Source of the DNA: a virus
Lineage: Duplodnaviria; Caudoviricetes
Length of the DNA: 25,495 nt
IMG/VR virus record: IMGVR_UViG_3300006869_000094
Span: 1 to 25,495 of that record
Strand: one strand, 5' to 3'
Positions 23,085 through 25,495 of this stretch are shown one piece after another. Below the pieces are notes generated by a model. That model saw only the letters and a program-made list of their open reading frames with translations, had not been told where the DNA came from and searched no databases. The first letter of the stretch is position 1. Every line of letters starts with the position of its first letter. The position numbers were made by a program, and so were the translations under genes.

Positions 23085-23669
23085 CCATAAGAGTTTAAGG
23101 TTTTTATCAAAAGTCATAACATATCGGTGCTTGCGGGAGCGTTCACGCCATTCTCCCTCAGCACCTTTTACTTTTCCACGAGAGTGTTTAGTTCCGTCTG
23201 CATAGTAAAAATCTTTTTTTGGTTCTGTAAGACCACAATACTTAAAGTTACAAGCGCGATAGATTGTGCCAGTATGAAAATCGTTATCAGCGTAAGAGAT
23301 GATTGCTTTAACTTTAGTATCCTTTCGTAACTGTTTAATCGCTCTTGAAACAAACCAAGAAGTGATATTATATTCTGATTGTTGGGTTTCAGGGTGTATG
23401 CAAAGTCGTGAAAGTTCAAAGAGTCCTTCTTGTTCATTTCTTTCTAATCCAAATGCTCCTTGCGCCACTTCTGGTACTGGAAGTCCAGTAAAAATACAAA
23501 CTCCAACTGGTCCTCCAATATTCAAAGGAGAAAACTCATTTTTTCGGAACAAACCATAATTATATCCTGATTTGTAACCCTTAGAATAATCTTTAAGATA
23601 GTGATAGGTTAGAAGAAGTTCTTCAGCATCCTTCTTAGAAATCCTATCAATATGGTAGTCAGATTTCAT
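23079..23669 (-). CDS. Mom-like (GNAT-fold) DNA adenine modification protein
   Basis: HYL...YGLF...GVCIF...FELSRLC...SWFVSRAIKQL...IISYAD...HTGTIYRACNF.Y.G matches the Mu Mom family pattern. Start placed at ATG 23669 because the track's ATG (23699) overlaps a -10 box and its extension runs through a terminator. Confidence 0.8.
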   Translation of the reverse strand: MKSDYHIDRISKKDAEELLLTYHYLKDYSKGYKSGYNYGLFRKNEFSPLNIGGPVGVCIFTGLPVPEVAQGAFGLERNEQEGLFELSRLCIHPETQQSEYNITSWFVSRAIKQLRKDTKVKAIISYADNDFHTGTIYRACNFKYCGLTEPKKDFYYADGTKHSRGKVKGAEGEWRERSRKHRYVMTFDKNLKLLWS

Positions 23670-23697
23670 AAAAAAGAGGGGAGGTCTCACTCCCCTC
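23670..23697 (-). terminator. Rho-independent terminator downstream of gp32
   Basis: Minus strand GAGGGGAG-TGAGAC-CTCCCCTC-TTTTTT: perfect 8-bp stem, 6-nt loop, U6 tract, 14 nt after the gp32 stop. Confidence 0.9.
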
Positions 23698-23726
23698 ATT
23701 ATAGCACCTGATCAGTCTTCTGCCAA
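23698..23726 (-). promoter_or_regulatory. Sigma70-type promoter for the Mom-like gene
   Basis: TTGGCA (23726-23721), 17-nt spacer, TATAAT (23703-23698) with extended TG. Confidence 0.7.
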
Positions 23727-24632
23727 ACGAGCAAAGTAACTGAGGGCGTCATCGTCCTCATCATCATTTGATGATGCAGTACGACTTGGTTTCAAGTTAC
23801 TAATTTCTTGACGAAGATCCTCAGTGAGTTCACGAGAAGAACCACGAGTGTACTCTTCTTCATCTTCAACTTCTTCATCAATACGAGTAGAAGTTTTAGT
23901 TCCAAGAACAGAACCCATACGCTTTTTCAGTTCATCATAGGTTTTAAATTCACTTGGGGAGATGAATTCAGCAAGAGAATGCTGTTTCTTCCAGATTGCT
24001 TCCATAGCATCATCGTCATCCAGAAGAGCACCTTGATTTGAAAATTCACTGGAATCATAATTACGATAACCAGCAACGTTCTTTGCCTTCAGTTTAAAGT
24101 TAGCACCTTGCCAGAAATCAAATGGATCAATTGCTTGCTCATCTTCAAACTCAGGTTGCATTGCTTCGGTAATCTTATCAAAGATTTTCTTACCATACTT
24201 AAATAAGAATACCTTACCTTCATTAGCAGGATTTGCAGGATCCTTCACAACGTAGATGTTAGAGACGTAAGTCAGTTTACGCTTTTGTTTACGAGCAACT
24301 TCTTTACCTGCATCAGTTCCATTGTTCCATAGTCCAGAATTGTGCTCACAAACAGGACACTTTTGATTGATAGTGGTCAGGCAATTATCGATTAACCAAC
24401 CGCCAGGACCTTGAAATGCGTGTGAATAAATCTTTACAAACGGAAGATCTTCACCATCAGGTGCGGGGAGGAAGCGAATAACAGCATAACCGTTACCACT
24501 TTTATCACATTCCAGTTTCCATACACGCTCATCACTGGAATTGCCAGTATTATTCATTTTTTCTACTTCTTTGACTAATTTAGCAGTCAAAGAACCAAGT
24601 TTAGATTGCTTTTTAAGATCGGCAAATGCCAT
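23712..24632 (-). CDS. gp32: Single-stranded DNA-binding protein gp32
   Basis: DKSGNGYAVIRFLP, HAFQGPGGW.I.NCLTT...CPVC zinc site, YGKKIFDKI, acidic tail DDALSYFARLAED. Start at ATG 24632 with GAGG 8 nt upstream. Confidence 0.97.
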   Translation of the reverse strand: MAFADLKKQSKLGSLTAKLVKEVEKMNNTGNSSDERVWKLECDKSGNGYAVIRFLPAPDGEDLPFVKIYSHAFQGPGGWLIDNCLTTINQKCPVCEHNSGLWNNGTDAGKEVARKQKRKLTYVSNIYVVKDPANPANEGKVFLFKYGKKIFDKITEAMQPEFEDEQAIDPFDFWQGANFKLKAKNVAGYRNYDSSEFSNQGALLDDDDAMEAIWKKQHSLAEFISPSEFKTYDELKKRMGSVLGTKTSTRIDEEVEDEEEYTRGSSRELTEDLRQEISNLKPSRTASSNDDEDDDALSYFARLAED

Positions 24633-24676
24633 GTTAGATACCTCGGATAGTTTGGATTCGGGGGATTTACTCGGAT

Positions 24677-24705
24677 AGTATAACAAGGATTCCCTCAGTT
24701 GTCAA
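24677..24705 (-). promoter_or_regulatory. Strong sigma70-type (early) promoter for gp32
   Basis: TTGACA (24705-24700), 17-nt spacer, TATACT (24682-24677) with extended TG. Confidence 0.88.
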
Positions 24706-25027
24706 GATATTTTTTGAGGGATTCGATTGTCTGGTTCATACTATTGAATAAAGTTTGCATATCAGTCTCTGATGGAAATCCCATCAGGACAACTGATTTG
24801 CGTAGGTTCTCTTTCATTTCAACCGCTTTTGGGTCGTCCGAAAGAGATAACCTAGTATACATCACTCTCTGCTTTTCTAGCAAGACTTGAAGTTTCTCAA
24901 TGTGATTTATCTTAGTCTCACGATCCATTACCCCAAAAGTTAAAATACTTCCGTAAATTTCCTCTTGAAGTTTATTAATTTCTTTCAATTCGTCCTGAAT
25001 AATATCAGATTCAAAAAAATTACTCAT
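24695..25027 (-). CDS. DUF1825-family protein (cyanobacteria/cyanophage)
   Basis: FFESDIIQDEL...LLEKQRVMYTRLSLSDDP.A..MK; usual position between gp59 and gp32. Confidence 0.8.
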   Translation of the reverse strand: MSNFFESDIIQDELKEINKLQEEIYGSILTFGVMDRETKINHIEKLQVLLEKQRVMYTRLSLSDDPKAVEMKENLRKSVVLMGFPSETDMQTLFNSMNQTIESLKKYLDN

Positions 25028-25495
25028 TGATTATAGACCGTAAAATTTTTCTATAGTTAAACACATCAATATTTAGGAATGGCATATATTTTTTTAATTT
25101 CAAACTTACGGTTTCCCATACAGGATCGTCAAGTTTCTTATCAAACGTATTCCCGAACAGGAATATCTTATCATATATCACCAGGGTTTCTAGGGAAATT
25201 TTCCCGCCCAGGAACATTTTTAGAACGGGCGGATGACCTTTCGAACAGTCGAAAACACTCTCTAATTCGTTCTCCGAGAACAATTCGCTGCTTTGTTCTT
25301 TGAACAAGTATGTCAAACTCTGTTGTCGTTTCATCCATTCGGCGTAGTTTCTTTCGCCAGAATTTATAATTTCCCCAATCCATAGGTTCTGTGGGTTATC
25401 GGTGGCAGTGAAATTGGATACAAGAAAATCTACGACTTCCTTATCACTATATTTACGCGAAGTTTTTTCAAACCAATACTTATCCTTCCTCTTAT
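25020..25495 (-). CDS. gp59: Helicase loader gp59 (5' end outside the window)
   Basis: Frame is open to the window edge: KRKDKYWFEKTSRKYSDKEVVDFLVSNF...WIGEII...WMKRQQSLTYLFK...GHPPVLK..LGGKISLETLVI. Confidence 0.9.
   Translation of the reverse strand, partial: KRKDKYWFEKTSRKYSDKEVVDFLVSNFTATDNPQNLWIGEIINSGERNYAEWMKRQQSLTYLFKEQSSELFSENELESVFDCSKGHPPVLKMFLGGKISLETLVIYDKIFLFGNTFDKKLDDPVWETVSLKLKKYMPFLNIDVFNYRKILRSIINE

Noticed and set aside
23670-23699. 10-aa N-terminal extension of the Mom-like ORF (ATG 23699)
   Set aside because: That ATG overlaps the TATAAT box, has no good SD and reads through the terminator hairpin; 23669 is preferred, though not proven.
24633-24686. 18-aa N-terminal extension of gp32 in the ORF track (TTG start at 24686)
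   Set aside because: It overlaps the promoter -10 box; ATG 24632 has a GAGG SD and gives the typical MAFADLKK start.
25171-25383. Alternate-frame ORFs over gp59 and the track's 104-aa call starting at 25334
   Set aside because: The gp59 frame is open to the window edge, so 25334 is an internal Met; the overlapping ORFs have no support.
1-25495. tRNA, rRNA, introns or inteins
   Set aside because: Intergenic gaps are all under ~65 nt and no cloverleaf, intron-split core gene or intein motif was recognised by eye.

Overview
AT-rich segment of a T4-like myovirus genome, most consistent with a cyanophage (Kyanoviridae-like, based on gene order and a DUF1825 gene). The right part is the conserved block, read right to left: gp59, DUF1825, gp32, a Mom-like gene, gp53, gp48, gp2, gp4, a gp54-like gene, gp26, gp51, two tape-measure-like genes, a hub gene and a split gp5. 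The left part holds two giant Gly-X-Gln collagen-like fibre genes. Two CDSs are missing from the ORF track (a fibre at <1..2484 and gp51 at 18758..18931) and gp59 is truncated in it. Main observations: (1) the 2713-aa fibre carries four repeats resembling phycobiliprotein globin domains, each keeping Cys residues at positions equivalent to the two bilin-attachment sites of beta-phycocyanin; (2) these repeats sit in a multi-level nested domain insertion; (3) a T-TTT-TTC slippery site would fuse gp26 to gp51 by -1 frameshift, like lambda G/GT or P2 E/E' tail chaperones; (4) the second fibre ends in tandem Reelin-like domains; (5) the Mom-like gene has a sigma70 promoter interlocked with the gp32 terminator. 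All homology calls come from motif recognition by eye; no searches were run.
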